64,000 nucleotides of DNA from contig OX337236.1 of assembly GCA_946965045.2 (NCBI GenBank), forward strand, positions 2,232,001-2,296,000. Reading direction: 5' to 3'. The notes beneath the pieces are model-generated. The model searched no databases. It was not told where the DNA came from and worked only from the letters and a program-made list of their open reading frames with translations. Positions 32,201-42,675 of the stretch are shown here, piece after piece. Within the stretch, counting starts at the first letter, position 1, and each line of letters opens with the position of its first letter. The position numbers and the translations under genes were made by a program. This DNA is from Epithemia pelagica (taxonomy: Eukaryota > Protista > Bacillariophyta).

Positions 32201-32341
32201 GAACACCCGAAGCAACAACGAGACTTGGAACTTCAAGTCGCCTTCTTGCAGTCTGAAAATGATCGACTGCAACGTCGGATGGAGAAATTGCGAAAGACAA
32301 TACAAAGTGACGCCGACAAGCAAGTATCAAGCGAGGAATGA
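29213..32341 (+). CDS. Class C (GABA-B/metabotropic-like) GPCR with periplasmic-binding-type ectodomain and 7TM, 1042 aa
   Basis: Signal-like N-terminus; FTGAFRSQVS...LSASPQLNDKTQYPLFGRVIP; 7TM segment SQPIFLHLLCFG...IAFSALFTKTMRVNRIF...FVPKI; coiled-coil tail. Confidence 0.88.
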   Translation: MSMMRAKPQQQERAVSLGGMRASGQRSCMMAWWLFTALILGAFGIVDAVGDNGSDMILHSLPKVDALRRGANTINSTVLLQRRPGETVDSLVNTTDDSFLGGICGMVDLNVYSIFPAPNVRIAFPATLPWQGLAAISLALHHLNTGNGVVVEELNQLETCPIQFAAEFRDTSLLENQAVDAVVDITQNGLSGGGGPCAFTGAFRSQVSIPTALLTGLKGYPQVSVLSASPQLNDKTQYPLFGRVIPANDEYGGPLLEFLYTQWNVRHLAVVYTDNTVGLPYVAGIRRAQARQFPDMEIRAVAFPDQSTDEDYAAAVDALAQTGFRYFFCVARRHHLQALLPEAVRQGIAGDGLHNWMISNEQALTALYVGQNFSSTDVMKQAGVGLMAFSRRASRPGIGRYTAFAQAMQELGQSSADLEYLQTKIPTYPGVPSYNPLPLFQQALSTAPIDSVTPSYYDAAILVGLAACRAAQGSASPPTTFFTGAEHYQQLLQTSFIGASGQIALDPNTGSRIATSSLFSMINYVPYQLEGASNYSFREVEVASYSDKTWEMLEAVVFNDGSTVVAQDLEPVRVNQNYIGSRLRAVGLVLSILVMVSSLCFSLWTFRHGKERVVLASQPIFLHLLCFGTAMMGSAIVPFSFDEEVNGVNLNASCRVVPWLWSLGWCIAFSALFTKTMRVNRIFHNPGFRRVKVTATDVMKPLAVLTCLNFVILILWTTLDPLTWERDVVETDRFGRPSETRGECQSDDVLAYLIPLLTVNLGALSLAVYQAYVARQISVEFAESDYIARASSLILVVAFMAIPIAVIAQDNNRAFFFVASGFVFVVCASLLGFIFVPKIVFQWQAGDEESRQRMATSVSQTVRRLNNKNSNDSVTSSSFHMFSGSSHPMSTENGLNLPEGNKDSVGDLPTTTNDPSGTTHSNPTAEDLGRDTNSVRIVSTASSVLRESTMRADENNDSGDDEPSTINPEPATQPGMIRRLTQRFGDNDDEQGIRILEHPKQQRDLELQVAFLQSENDRLQRRMEKLRKTIQSDADKQVSSEE

Positions 32342-33463
32342 TTGAAGAATATTCAGAGAGAAGGGGAACATACAATTTCGAATCAACTACAACCTTCTTT
32401 GGATGAAGCCAAGCTTTTTGCGGGTTTAATCTTAAAATGACCATTTTGAGAGAGCTGCAAGGCTGTTTCATTGAACTGTTCCCCTCCTCTCTGAATGGTT
32501 CGTGCGCGTGTCGGTATTGTTTCAATGCCATCGCTGGCCAAGGAGTGCGCAGCCCAATGACTGGACTTCTATGTTTTCCGCTGGAATTCAACCATTTCAG
32601 AGAATGGGTCGCCATGACTCCATGCCAATCCGACCTTGAATGTATGACAGCAAAAGAATGTATGAAGACAAGGCATCCATGAAAGGCGACTTGAGTCTCT
32701 CGTAGGTCAAGAAAAGCTTGGTAGGCTGTATCTGTCGCGGCTCAAGGAATCACAGGCGTACGAAGAGTAAAGATAAAGCTATCCGTGGGCAATGCGCGAT
32801 GAAGGACACACACAGCTGTTACTCTGAATAATATCCCCCATTTCTACTACTAGGAATCGGAATATCTCATAGGAGTGCAAGTCAGGTTGCGCCTCAGAAA
32901 CCTAGAGCAGTACAGTGGAGACGAGTGCATCGAGAGAGCTGTTTACCCGAATTTCAACCTCGAATCAATCAACAGCATTTCTTAAGCGCTTTGGTAATAG
33001 GCATCTACCTAGCTGGTAAAGAGCTTACGGCAAGGTCGTCAGTTCGTGTGTTCTGTTAATGGTCTTGTGCTCTCCGTCGACATGCGATTTTGCCTTTGTT
33101 TAGGTACAATTCTTTCAAGATTTCGTTTCGTGTCCCTTGCAAAAGTTCAGTGGTGTAGGGGTATCGTCGTGTTGTGGATTAGAGGGGTATTTTGGCGTGA
33201 AAGTCCCTTCATTTTCTCGAATACGGTTTTTATCTCTCGTTTGGGCAGCGCTAGAAGGCGATTCATCAAAAATTGAGTTGTTTTTGAAGAACATGGGATC
33301 GCGACTGTTCGGCTGAGCTTGCTACGGTAGATGCGTCATAGAAGCATCAAGTACAAGACATTCACAGACAGCAAGCATATTCCAATTCACAAAGAACTCG
33401 CATGTTCTCCTGAACCTTGTGGGCAACGAAGCCAAACATTCGGTCAATATGGATAGTGACTTT

Positions 33464-35150
33464 CTAGTCTTCATCAGGATCAGGGCCATCTTCATCATCA
33501 CCACACTCCTCATCGTCCATATCACCATCAATGGCAAGAGTTTTGCCATGTTCTGGATCCCCTGGAGGAGGGTTCGCAACCTTGACTGTCACTCCAATGA
33601 AGTTCACAATAGTATTTTGAGCATCGCGAAGTGCTGCAATAAATAACTTGTTCCAAAATGGTGTGCCATCTGCCATGTAGTTGATAAACGTGACTGACAC
33701 GTCTTCCCCTTGCTTAACAGCCGCCTCAATTTGCTTGACCTTGTCCTTCGACGTTTCAGTTCCCTGAAGAAAACGGCAGTTTCGTCCCAGAATTTCTTCA
33801 CGTTTGTATCCAGTTACAGTGCAGAAATAGTCCGAGGCAAACACAATAGGATTGTCTTGCAAGCTTGGATCCGTAATGACAAATGCGTGTTGAGAATTTT
33901 GGATGCTCTTTACCAAAGAAAAGTCCTTTGGGTCAATATCAGAGGCATTTTCGCCTATAGCTTCGAGAACAGAGGGGGGCATCTTTTCCATCGCATCGCA
34001 CTCGTCGAGAATGGACTTTGATTGATCTGGTTGAAGGTTTTGACGAACAAGTTCTTTCAACATTGCATTTTCTTGCTGGAGATCTATTACTTCCTTTTGT
34101 AAGGATTCAAAGAAGAATTTTTTTCGTAAACGCGTTCGTCTGGCAAGGATGCGGTTTCGTTCTCGACGACGATCAATCTGCGCCTGACTCTTTTTCCTAC
34201 GCCCAGCCACGACCGTCCCATGCTGCTGTTGTTGCATAGCCTGAGCCGCCGCAGCTGCAAGTTGTTGACCACTCAAAAGAGCGGCCGGATTCATCCCGGC
34301 CACGGCCAACATGGGGAACCCTTGAGGTGGTTGTGGGGCTCCAGGGTGTGCCAAGGTTGGTTGAACCCTTGCTTGGTCCACACGTCGGCGCTTGGCAGCA
34401 TTTGCAGTAGCAGCAACTTGTTGCTGTTGCTGAAACAGCATCGGTTGTTGAACCGATGGTACTAGGACGGCTGAAAGCGCCGCAAAAGGAGACATTCCTG
34501 TAGGGGGTGCTGGAGCCAATGGAGCTAAAGGAGCCAACGGCATCGGAGTCGGAGCTATCGCTGTCCGTCCTGCAGATGCTGTTGCAGGTGGAAGCGGCGA
34601 TGGTACGGGCAAACTTCGAGCTGGGAGGGGAGCCGGTACGCTAGGTGCCGGAGCACTTGGTACGGTTGATGGGGGCACAATAGGTTTAGGCACAGTCTGT
34701 TTAGGAGCTGAGGCAGCACTCTGATTCAGTGCTGGAGCAGATGGAGCCGGTGCCAGTGGAGTCGGCACCGCTGGTGTAGCGACAGGAGCTGGTTTTGTCG
34801 ACGTCTTTTGCTCTGCCACAGTTGGAAGAGCCCCATCCTCACTGTTCTCTGGTGACACAACACCTGATCCATTCAGAGTGCTATCCATTCTAACGTGTTC
34901 AAGTATCAATTGCATGATCAACATCAAAAGACGCGGTGAGTTAAGCAAGTATTTTCACACGACGAAAAGCCATTCAAAAGCAACAATCTTACTTGAAGTC
35001 AAATGTAACACTCGTTACAGCAGAATCATCGAGAAGATATTCTGCCAACATCTCCACATCAAAGTTATCACCATCCCCCCAATCGGACTGGCCTGTTGCA
35101 GAAGTCCCCGCCTTCCCAAACAAAGGCATCTGGATATCTTGGTTCGTCAT
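33464..35150 (-). CDS. AUREO: Aureochrome (bZIP-LOV blue-light transcription factor); 2 exons (35150-34993, 34889-33464), ~527 aa
   Basis: bZIP RRRERNRILARRTRLRKK; LOV ITDPSLQDNPIVFAS...GRNCRFLQG...FWNKLFI. Exon 1 MTNQDIQMPLFGK...EMLAEYLLDD is joined by a GTAAGA...TTAG intron at 34992-34890. Confidence 0.93.
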
Positions 35151-36688
35151 GGTTCCCAGTCGGATTCAGAACAGAATGGGAATCGGTCCAACAAGTTCGG
35201 TTCAAACCTAAAAGACAAAATACAAAGGAAAAATTGATGGATCGGATGAGTACGGTGTTGAGGCAAACGTTGGTGTACAAACGGGGAAGTACAATATTAT
35301 CAAAGGGCACAAAAAAGACAGGTGACATGACTGTTCTTCCAAGGAACATCTAAACAGTGGAAATATGTCGCAGCGGGACCTGACGTGGGGTGCATCAGTA
35401 CAGAGAGAAATGATAGTAAATCCGAACCGGTACTGAAACGACAACACTGCTGGATTCCATCATGTGTAAAGCGAGAAATCGCCGAAAAACGGACGACCTT
35501 TGGCGCCAAACCATCCATCGATCATCCTTTCCCATCATGATTCTTGATTCCCATGATGAATGAACTCAGACGGAAACACCCCAACAAAGTCGCGGTCTGG
35601 TTCGGTTCATTTGTAAACAGAGAGTTTTCATTAGGTTTCATCTGTCGTAGATTGATTCGCTCCAGATGTAGTGATGTTTCATCCAGAATCAAATCGAATT
35701 GCGCAACCAAGACCTCATAAGCAGGGTGCGCCAACCGAGGACAAGTAGAGACTGGTCATGTGGACAAGTGGTAGATTGGAGTAGGATTTTTGCCATCCAT
35801 CCACAAAATCAGAACACTAGAAGGCATGTTCAGGAAACACACCGATGCTGATTGATGGTACACAATGCCGATCCCATAGAGGAGCCCTCCTCGGAAGTAC
35901 GTGTTTGCGATTGTTGCGTTTCATCCATTTACGTACACAACTATGAACTCTCATTCCTTCAGTCTCACTCACCAAGACAGCGATACAATATGAAAAAGAA
36001 CCAATGCTTGGTCCCAGAGGTGTCCAATCGCTGTTGTTGTCACCGGGTCACCAGTGTTTTTGTTCGCCTTCATACAAGTTGATGTAAAAGATTGGGTTGG
36101 GAGGTTGATCTCGTCGGCGGCAGTGTGTGTGGATTGTGGATCTCCCTTGGGCTCGGGAGTCGCGAGTCGGTGCCAGTGTCTGTCTGGTCTGTGCCAGTAC
36201 TGTTTGTCCCTATACTTCCACACGAAATCACAAACTTGTTCCTGAACCTGACGATCGTCATCGAACTTTGAGGAGCAATCAAATGCTACCTTAGCTATCT
36301 GTGCTATGGCTGCAGTTTGGTGTTTGGTTATGACTCCTCTCTCTCTATGAGCGAGAACCTCCAACTCAGTGTGCTAGAGGGTCCTACTCCCCTACCTAGT
36401 ACTTCCACTCCAATCATCATATCATCCTTATGCATGGAGAGCAAGCAAGCCGTTGAAAGGAAAGAGATTATGAATATCCCGGGAAGGCAATGGGAATGCC
36501 TGTCACCCTTCCATATCGCCTTATGCTCTAAAACTACATCTTGATCTAGCTTCCAGGTCCCATACAATGAATTGTTGTGATAAAGAATAAAGTTGGGATC
36601 CATGACAAATGTTCATACCCCTACTGAGAGGCTTCTTATTTGGAACTAATTTGATATCTACAAAGCATAACGTATACTTCTCAAGCAT

Positions 36689-37555
36689 CTACCAAGTGGC
36701 GATGCGTCGCTCGGTGGGATGAACGAGCGGTTCATAAAATCCTCCGAAAGGAACAGGGATTCCCCTGTCCACATAATGCTTCGCGTATTCCTCCTCCTTC
36801 CCGTGCCAGACAGGTGTAGGCAAATGATTGGGCATGTGCTTGTCCAAACTTTCATTGTAGGCTTTCCAATTGGCACTCATAGATGCACGCAAACCGGTAG
36901 GATCAAAGTCAGTCGGTCCAGTTGCAAACACGCCCCCATTTCCGGGACTACTCTCCGGTCCCCTTTCCAATCTTTCTAGCTCTTCCTTGACGGCCGGATC
37001 GTTTTGATCCATCATCATCAATTTCATGCGCTCTACTTGAGGATTGCCATATTCAACAGAGTCGTAACGACGACGAGTATCACGTTTGTAGTAACCAGAA
37101 TCAAAGGGGTCTTCATCGTCATCCATAGTAGGCTGTTTGACTGGACCTTGAGATCCTGGGGAAGGCCAACGGTAGGCAAATTTAATCTTGGGGTCCGTGG
37201 CGGAAACGGGAATTTCACGATGGGCCATAATGGGTTGACCGTCATAGATATCATCAGGTGCGAAGGTGACAATGTTTTTCAAATACTTGAATCGTTCTTC
37301 TCCTAGAACATCCGTCAACCAACGAGAGAACCAACCTTTCCAAGGCATCAACGACACTTTGGTGGATTCTCGGGCGGGTGTGACAAAGGGAGCTTCAGCT
37401 GCGGTCACGGAACGATTGACAACTTGCGACACATTGGCGGCTGACAACGCTGTGGTCGGCTTGGATGCCGTGGATGAGGCTACAGATGCAGCGGCTTTCA
37501 CAGCCACTTCGCCGGCTTTCTTTACCGTAATGGTCATGATGGCAATAGGAAACAC
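36689..37555 (-). CDS. Probable mitochondrial complex I accessory subunit, NDUFA7/B14.5a (NUZM)-like
   Basis: Ala/Ser/Lys-rich presequence-like N-terminus; YRWPSPGSQ...DPFDSGYYKRDTRR motif pair. Confidence 0.5.
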   Translation of the reverse strand: MFPIAIMTITVKKAGEVAVKAAASVASSTASKPTTALSAANVSQVVNRSVTAAEAPFVTPARESTKVSLMPWKGWFSRWLTDVLGEERFKYLKNIVTFAPDDIYDGQPIMAHREIPVSATDPKIKFAYRWPSPGSQGPVKQPTMDDDEDPFDSGYYKRDTRRRYDSVEYGNPQVERMKLMMMDQNDPAVKEELERLERGPESSPGNGGVFATGPTDFDPTGLRASMSANWKAYNESLDKHMPNHLPTPVWHGKEEEYAKHYVDRGIPVPFGGFYEPLVHPTERRIATW

Positions 37556-37804
37556 AAAGGCTTTCTTCTCCAGGTGCGTGTTCAGGCTCCGCGTCCATCA
37601 CAAGTACCGTCGCTGCGTTCCACATATCGCTACAACTGAGCGGTGCGACCGCCGTAGAAGGACGTCATCATTGCGTCATCACATTCCTCTCGCCAAAACA
37701 AGGTTCTCTGGGGATTTTTGCCTCCCTTCTCTTTTTTTTTGCACCGACACGATGAGACAAATAATTTCCATATCTGATTCGATCTGTCTCTACCTCAAGG
37801 AATC

Positions 37805-38654
37805 ATGGCAAACGCCGCGGCCAAGAAAGCTTCAACAGGTAAGGCAAACTTGGGAGAGTTGCTTGATGGTATGATGTGTGATTGTTGCGGAACGATGCAT
37901 TTTGTACCAACGTCGTGTTGTCATTTCTCATGCTTTTTTTTTCATCGATCATCGTTATCTTGTGGTGCGCCTTTGGATCGCAGCACGTCAAGACGCCAAA
38001 AAGTTCTACCAACCGCTTCTCTGGATCGTCAATATCGTTTTCCTGCTGTTAAGAATAGTATGTTGGTCGTCCAGAAATATCAGCTCGACGGATGAAATTG
38101 CTGAAGACTTGAATCAACGCATTGGAGCAATCTCATGGTGGATGCATGTCTTCCCGCAGGGATGGCCTGAGCTCGTAATGTGGTTAGCCTTTCTGGGGCT
38201 TCAATATTACTCATACGTGGGAATCTTGGATCACGCAGCCACGCACAGCAGCAGTAATAGTAGTGCTTTGGTCGGTGGCTCCTACCTGGACTTGTTTGCT
38301 GTGACCATTTTGATTCAGTACATTGGCGGGCTGTTATGGACTCCCATGTATTGGTGCTGCTGCATTTTCCCACTCTGGGGAGCCTACTCCTTATACCAAA
38401 CCATGACACAACAAAAGAGCCCTGTCGCGAACAATGCCGCCGTAGGTCAACGTGGTGGTCTTTCGACGAAACACTCTTCATCGTTGGCGCGCACTTTTCG
38501 ACGAGACAATACAACAAGTGGGTTAAACAATCGACGTGGTGAGGCTCAGGAGGAACAAAAGGAAGAGTCTCCTAGTAAAGGAAATCGATTGCGGGAGAGA
38601 ATAGCCGATCGTCGTCAGCAACGCAAAGAACGAAGAAGGAACGCCCGCTTCTGA
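37805..38654 (+). CDS. TMEM208: TMEM208/SND2 (DUF788) ER-targeting protein; 2 exons (37805-37838, 37984-38654), 234 aa
   Basis: MANAAAKK start, two hydrophobic stretches, GSYLDLFAVT...IFPLWGAYSLY, basic tail; GTAAGG...GCAG intron in phase 1. Confidence 0.8.
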
Positions 38655-38989
38655 GAGATTTCTTCTTTCCGATAGGTTATGCTAATAGATCTATCAAAAG
38701 TAGTGTTTTACGTCCAATCGATCGTTCCATCATCCATCTGACAAAAAGAGACGCCAAAAGTGTATCCACAAACGATTTTCTCCCTTCGAGCAGTTATCTC
38801 AACGATCATATGCACATATCCCTGACTCACAGAAAAGGCAGAGGATATTGGCGCCTACTTTGCAATCTCATTCATTGCAAATAAGTGTGTATCCAATACA
38901 TGTTAGGGGAGTCATTCCTTCGTGGTTTGGGCCGTCGTTGATGTTTTCCAGCGCTTCGATATCTTGTCGCCTCCAACGCATCATGAATC

Positions 38990-40015
38990 TTAAGAATGAT
39001 ACGATCTGTCTGGTCCAAACTGAAGGTGGAATTGGACTCTCGATGCAATTTGGTGTCTATCCAAAACTTCTTGGGGAGTCATTCCTTCGCGGATTTGGAC
39101 ATTGTGGATGTTTTCCATCTCGGCGAACGCTTCGAGATCTTCACGCGTCCAACGCATTCCTGTCCACTGTGGAGCAACTGTGAATGGACTTGTGACATCT
39201 TGTCTTGGATTTCGGATCACTTGGTTCACTGGAAGGATCTTCACTCCGCCGTTCAATTGAATAAGCCGATTAGCCCAAGTCTCTTCTTTCATAAAAACCA
39301 AGACTGTTGCTTTGGATTCGTCTGCTGCCTCGTACAGAGCACCCACAAAATTCAAGTTTTCTTGGGACTCAGCAAGGTCATCAATTATTAAAAGGGGAAG
39401 ATCCGTACAATTTGTTCGCGCGGGTACTGTTTGCCGCATATGTTGACTACGAATGCGTCGTAGTTCCGTCTCAAATCCTCTGGAATAACACTTCCGCAAC
39501 TTGGCAGCAGCCCAATCGAAATAGCTACTAAAAGGAACTCTTGCAAAAGGTTCTCTTTCATCTTTCGGAACCAGTGCTCGAACAAGCAACTCATGGATGA
39601 TTGGCGCAGCATTTTCGACCCCCAGGCTTCTCGAAAATGAAGTCGCCAAATCCGTGGAATTGTTTGCTCTGATCATAATGGCACGGCGAGGGCCAGTGTT
39701 GAAATCTCCGTGCATCAAGTACAAAGCAGATGCTGTTTTTCCAGAGCCTGACAAACCCTGACAGATGTACGTCGTTCCCTCTAACGCGGTTTCATAATGC
39801 TGGACAAGAGCACGAATTGTAGACTGGCTATCCACATACTCCGTTCTTGCTGGTACTTGTCCGTAAACCTTTCTCGAATCTGCTGCGCTGTCAAGCTCGT
39901 CGAGTAACCAAAGCCACCGTGAGCCACAGTCCATTTTGGATAGAGTGTAGTCCATCGTCCACGAGCGGGAGATGTTCGGGTGGAGAAACGAAAACGAAAG
40001 AAGCGCCAAGACCAA
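38990..40015 (-). CDS. Hypothetical P-loop NTPase (AAA/STAND-like); 5' end uncertain
   Basis: Walker A GLSGSGKT and Walker B LLIIDD in a 341-aa ORF. Confidence 0.6.
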   Translation of the reverse strand: MVLALLSFSFLHPNISRSWTMDYTLSKMDCGSRWLWLLDELDSAADSRKVYGQVPARTEYVDSQSTIRALVQHYETALEGTTYICQGLSGSGKTASALYLMHGDFNTGPRRAIMIRANNSTDLATSFSRSLGVENAAPIIHELLVRALVPKDEREPFARVPFSSYFDWAAAKLRKCYSRGFETELRRIRSQHMRQTVPARTNCTDLPLLIIDDLAESQENLNFVGALYEAADESKATVLVFMKEETWANRLIQLNGGVKILPVNQVIRNPRQDVTSPFTVAPQWTGMRWTREDLEAFAEMENIHNVQIREGMTPQEVLDRHQIASRVQFHLQFGPDRSYHS

Positions 40016-40501
40016 GTGAACTACAATACTCTCGTAGTTACCGGAAGTTGCTGAGCCTCAAGACTCTAGACAGCTTACCCGACTCGTTCAAACGTGAATG
40101 ATTGATCTTTTTGATGAACTCGGTCGACGACGGCCGAGCCTGCCACGGTTGCGTAGAATACGGCGCGTTCCACGGACCTCCATGGTCTTAAGGTTACTCG
40201 GCGCAAAACGCACGATCCATGTTTCAACCACGATCGAAACGCCAACAGTGAGTTTTGTCAGAAAGGCTCGAACCATGAGAATGCGACTGAGCGGTCTCAA
40301 TAATCTGTTTCCAGCAATAGTGGTGACCACGACTCCTGCCTGGAAATGCAAGCTTAACACTGTTCGACAAATCCGGCGTACGATTGCCGCATAGGACTGT
40401 CGTCATTCTGGAAAATTTGCAATCCCTCGTCCGATCCATGGAGCGAATTTGCAGATCGGGAGCGAGAAACGGGACCCATACATCTTCTCTAACCGAGAGT
40501 T

Positions 40502-41997
40502 CTACTCCAATTCGACGTCCACCTCCAGGATGACACTTGTTTCCACCGTTTTCTCGTCCTCCAAATCATCTAAAGAGGAGGATGACAACGACCGTAAAGG
40601 TTCGACCTTTGCGGATGGTAGAAGTCGTTGCATTTGGCTCTTGTTCTTTGCGCTTGTGGTGGTTGAACTGTGGCTACCACAACTTGGATCATAAAGCTCT
40701 CTATCTTCTTCCATCGTGACTTCACCATCGTTTACCGAGTCAGACGTCGCGTTTGGGAGATGGTCGTCATTTTGCCTCCCGGGTTTGATAGCAGTGTTGA
40801 TAAAGCGGCTGTTCATAGCATCTATACCTTCTCTTCCTCCTTCGTCGGGATCAGATACGCCGATATTTCCCGGCAAACATTCCTCAACATTTTTGCGTCG
40901 TGGACCGGCTTCATCTAGCAAATCCAAGCAAACAGAGCTGGAAATGGCCGATGCGGTAGACTGTTCCACCACTTCTTCCGGTACAGTGGTGGGAAAGAAT
41001 ACCATGCGCAAGGTCAGCCAAAACCCAAGGGGTGGTGCATTGCTTCTACGAGCCCGTTCGCGAATGCGGAGATAACGGGGGCGCGCATAAATAAAGGCAT
41101 TCCAAAAGCCTTGCAGCGGAGCTAGCGTATTGATGATGGGGAGGGGCCAAAAGGCGGAATATCCACCAATCCATCCAATCAAGTGGTAGACAGTAGTGAA
41201 GGAAACACCAAGGAAAAAGGCCGCCACGTACAAAAAAGACTGAATGGCCACTTGTCGTGTATGTTTGTTGCTAGACTTGACCTTGGCCAACGTTCGGCCT
41301 GATAGCTGTCGAGAAAACTCGTATTTGGCCACTCGCTTCTCTTGTTGTCGGACTGTGTACCAAATCTTGTCATTGGTAAACAAAACAACCACATAGGCAA
41401 TTTGCAGCCATAATTGAGCGAAAAATTATAATAGAGAGAATGAGTATCTCCGAATCGCTCACAGTCCACATCTGGATTACCGTTGCAACGTGGAGGCCAT
41501 GGTGCAATGAAACAAAAAGCACCCGTCGGATTGTACAAACCAATCGAGACACTGTAGGATGCCAATGTCATGAAAAGGACCGTGATTGCCACGTGCAAAA
41601 TGGGTTCTGATCGTTGAGCAAACGTTCTGGACTTGACGCCATGACAAATGGTCAAATAGAAGAAGCTACCCAAAAAGGAACTGTAGCAATTGGCGGCGTA
41701 GCCCAAATGGGTGAAAAAACCTTGTAGGGCACAGGAGGTTGAATAGCCTTGCGCGCCCAAAATACCTTGTACCTTGGGATGGGTGAGAAAAAGCAAGGCC
41801 TTATTGGCCGAATACAGCAAGTCGTACACGGACAAACCCAACAAGATGCGAAAATGAGGATTGCGCAACTTGACATTTCGATACACAAAAATGTGCGAAA
41901 TGATTGCCACAGATCCAATGGACGACAAGGTTCCGGTCAAGGTGGGAACGTATGCGGCAAATTGAAACAAGGCCTGGGAAGGCTGTCGATTCGACAT
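40502..41997 (-). pseudogene. 7TM receptor (rhodopsin/cAMP-receptor-like GPCR) split by a 1-nt frameshift at the A5 run 41421-41425 (pseudogene or assembly error)
   Basis: TM1-4 lie in 41997-41430 and TM5-7 in the other frame. Adding one T on the minus strand gives YYNFFAQLWLQIAYVVVLFTNDKIWYTV...PLQGFWNAFIYARPRY. Confidence 0.75.
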
Positions 41998-42675
41998 GTC
42001 GAAGCACTTTTATGCCCTTGACCTGGTCAACGCTGTGGTCGTACGGAACGAAACAAAGAAGGAACAACCGACAGAAACAAGGAACTCTAACCGAAAACAG
42101 GTCCGATGCTTGCATTGGGCATTGTTGTTATGTTCTTTGTCTTTGACTGTTCATCTACCACAGAAGGTATACAGGTTATCGATTAGAATCCACCTGAAGG
42201 GACCTGGGAAAACAATGTTTGTCTTTTCGCTTCGTTTTGGATTGGAGAGTCTCACACAACAGCAGGATCAGATAAGGAGGCATTCACAAAGCCATTCCCA
42301 TTTCCATTTTGATTGTGGCGTGGTTCGTAATGAGAAGACCAAAATTGGGTCGAAAAAGGGATGACGACGCGGAGACGAGGTGCTCGGTTTTCGGGGGTCT
42401 TTTTCCGCGTCTTGGAAATGTCCATGGTGGGAGGTGGCTGTACAATAGGGGTTATCGCTATTGTAGGAATTCGGGGGCGATGTTATTTTTTTGCATGTCG
42501 ATCTGACAATTCCCAGCAGCTATCTTCAGTAACTTATTTCAGAGAAGTATAAGAGTACTTCTGATGAAACTTCTTAGGATTATATCAATTTATTTATATT
42601 GTAAGAAGAAGAGTCACAGCTCCTTCATCCCCAATACCCCAATCTCCAAATACCAAATACGGATGCCCCTAAGAA

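Noticed and set aside
35522-36364. Gene between aureochrome and NDUFA7-like
   Set aside because: Short ORFs in different frames with no recognisable motif or convincing splice path
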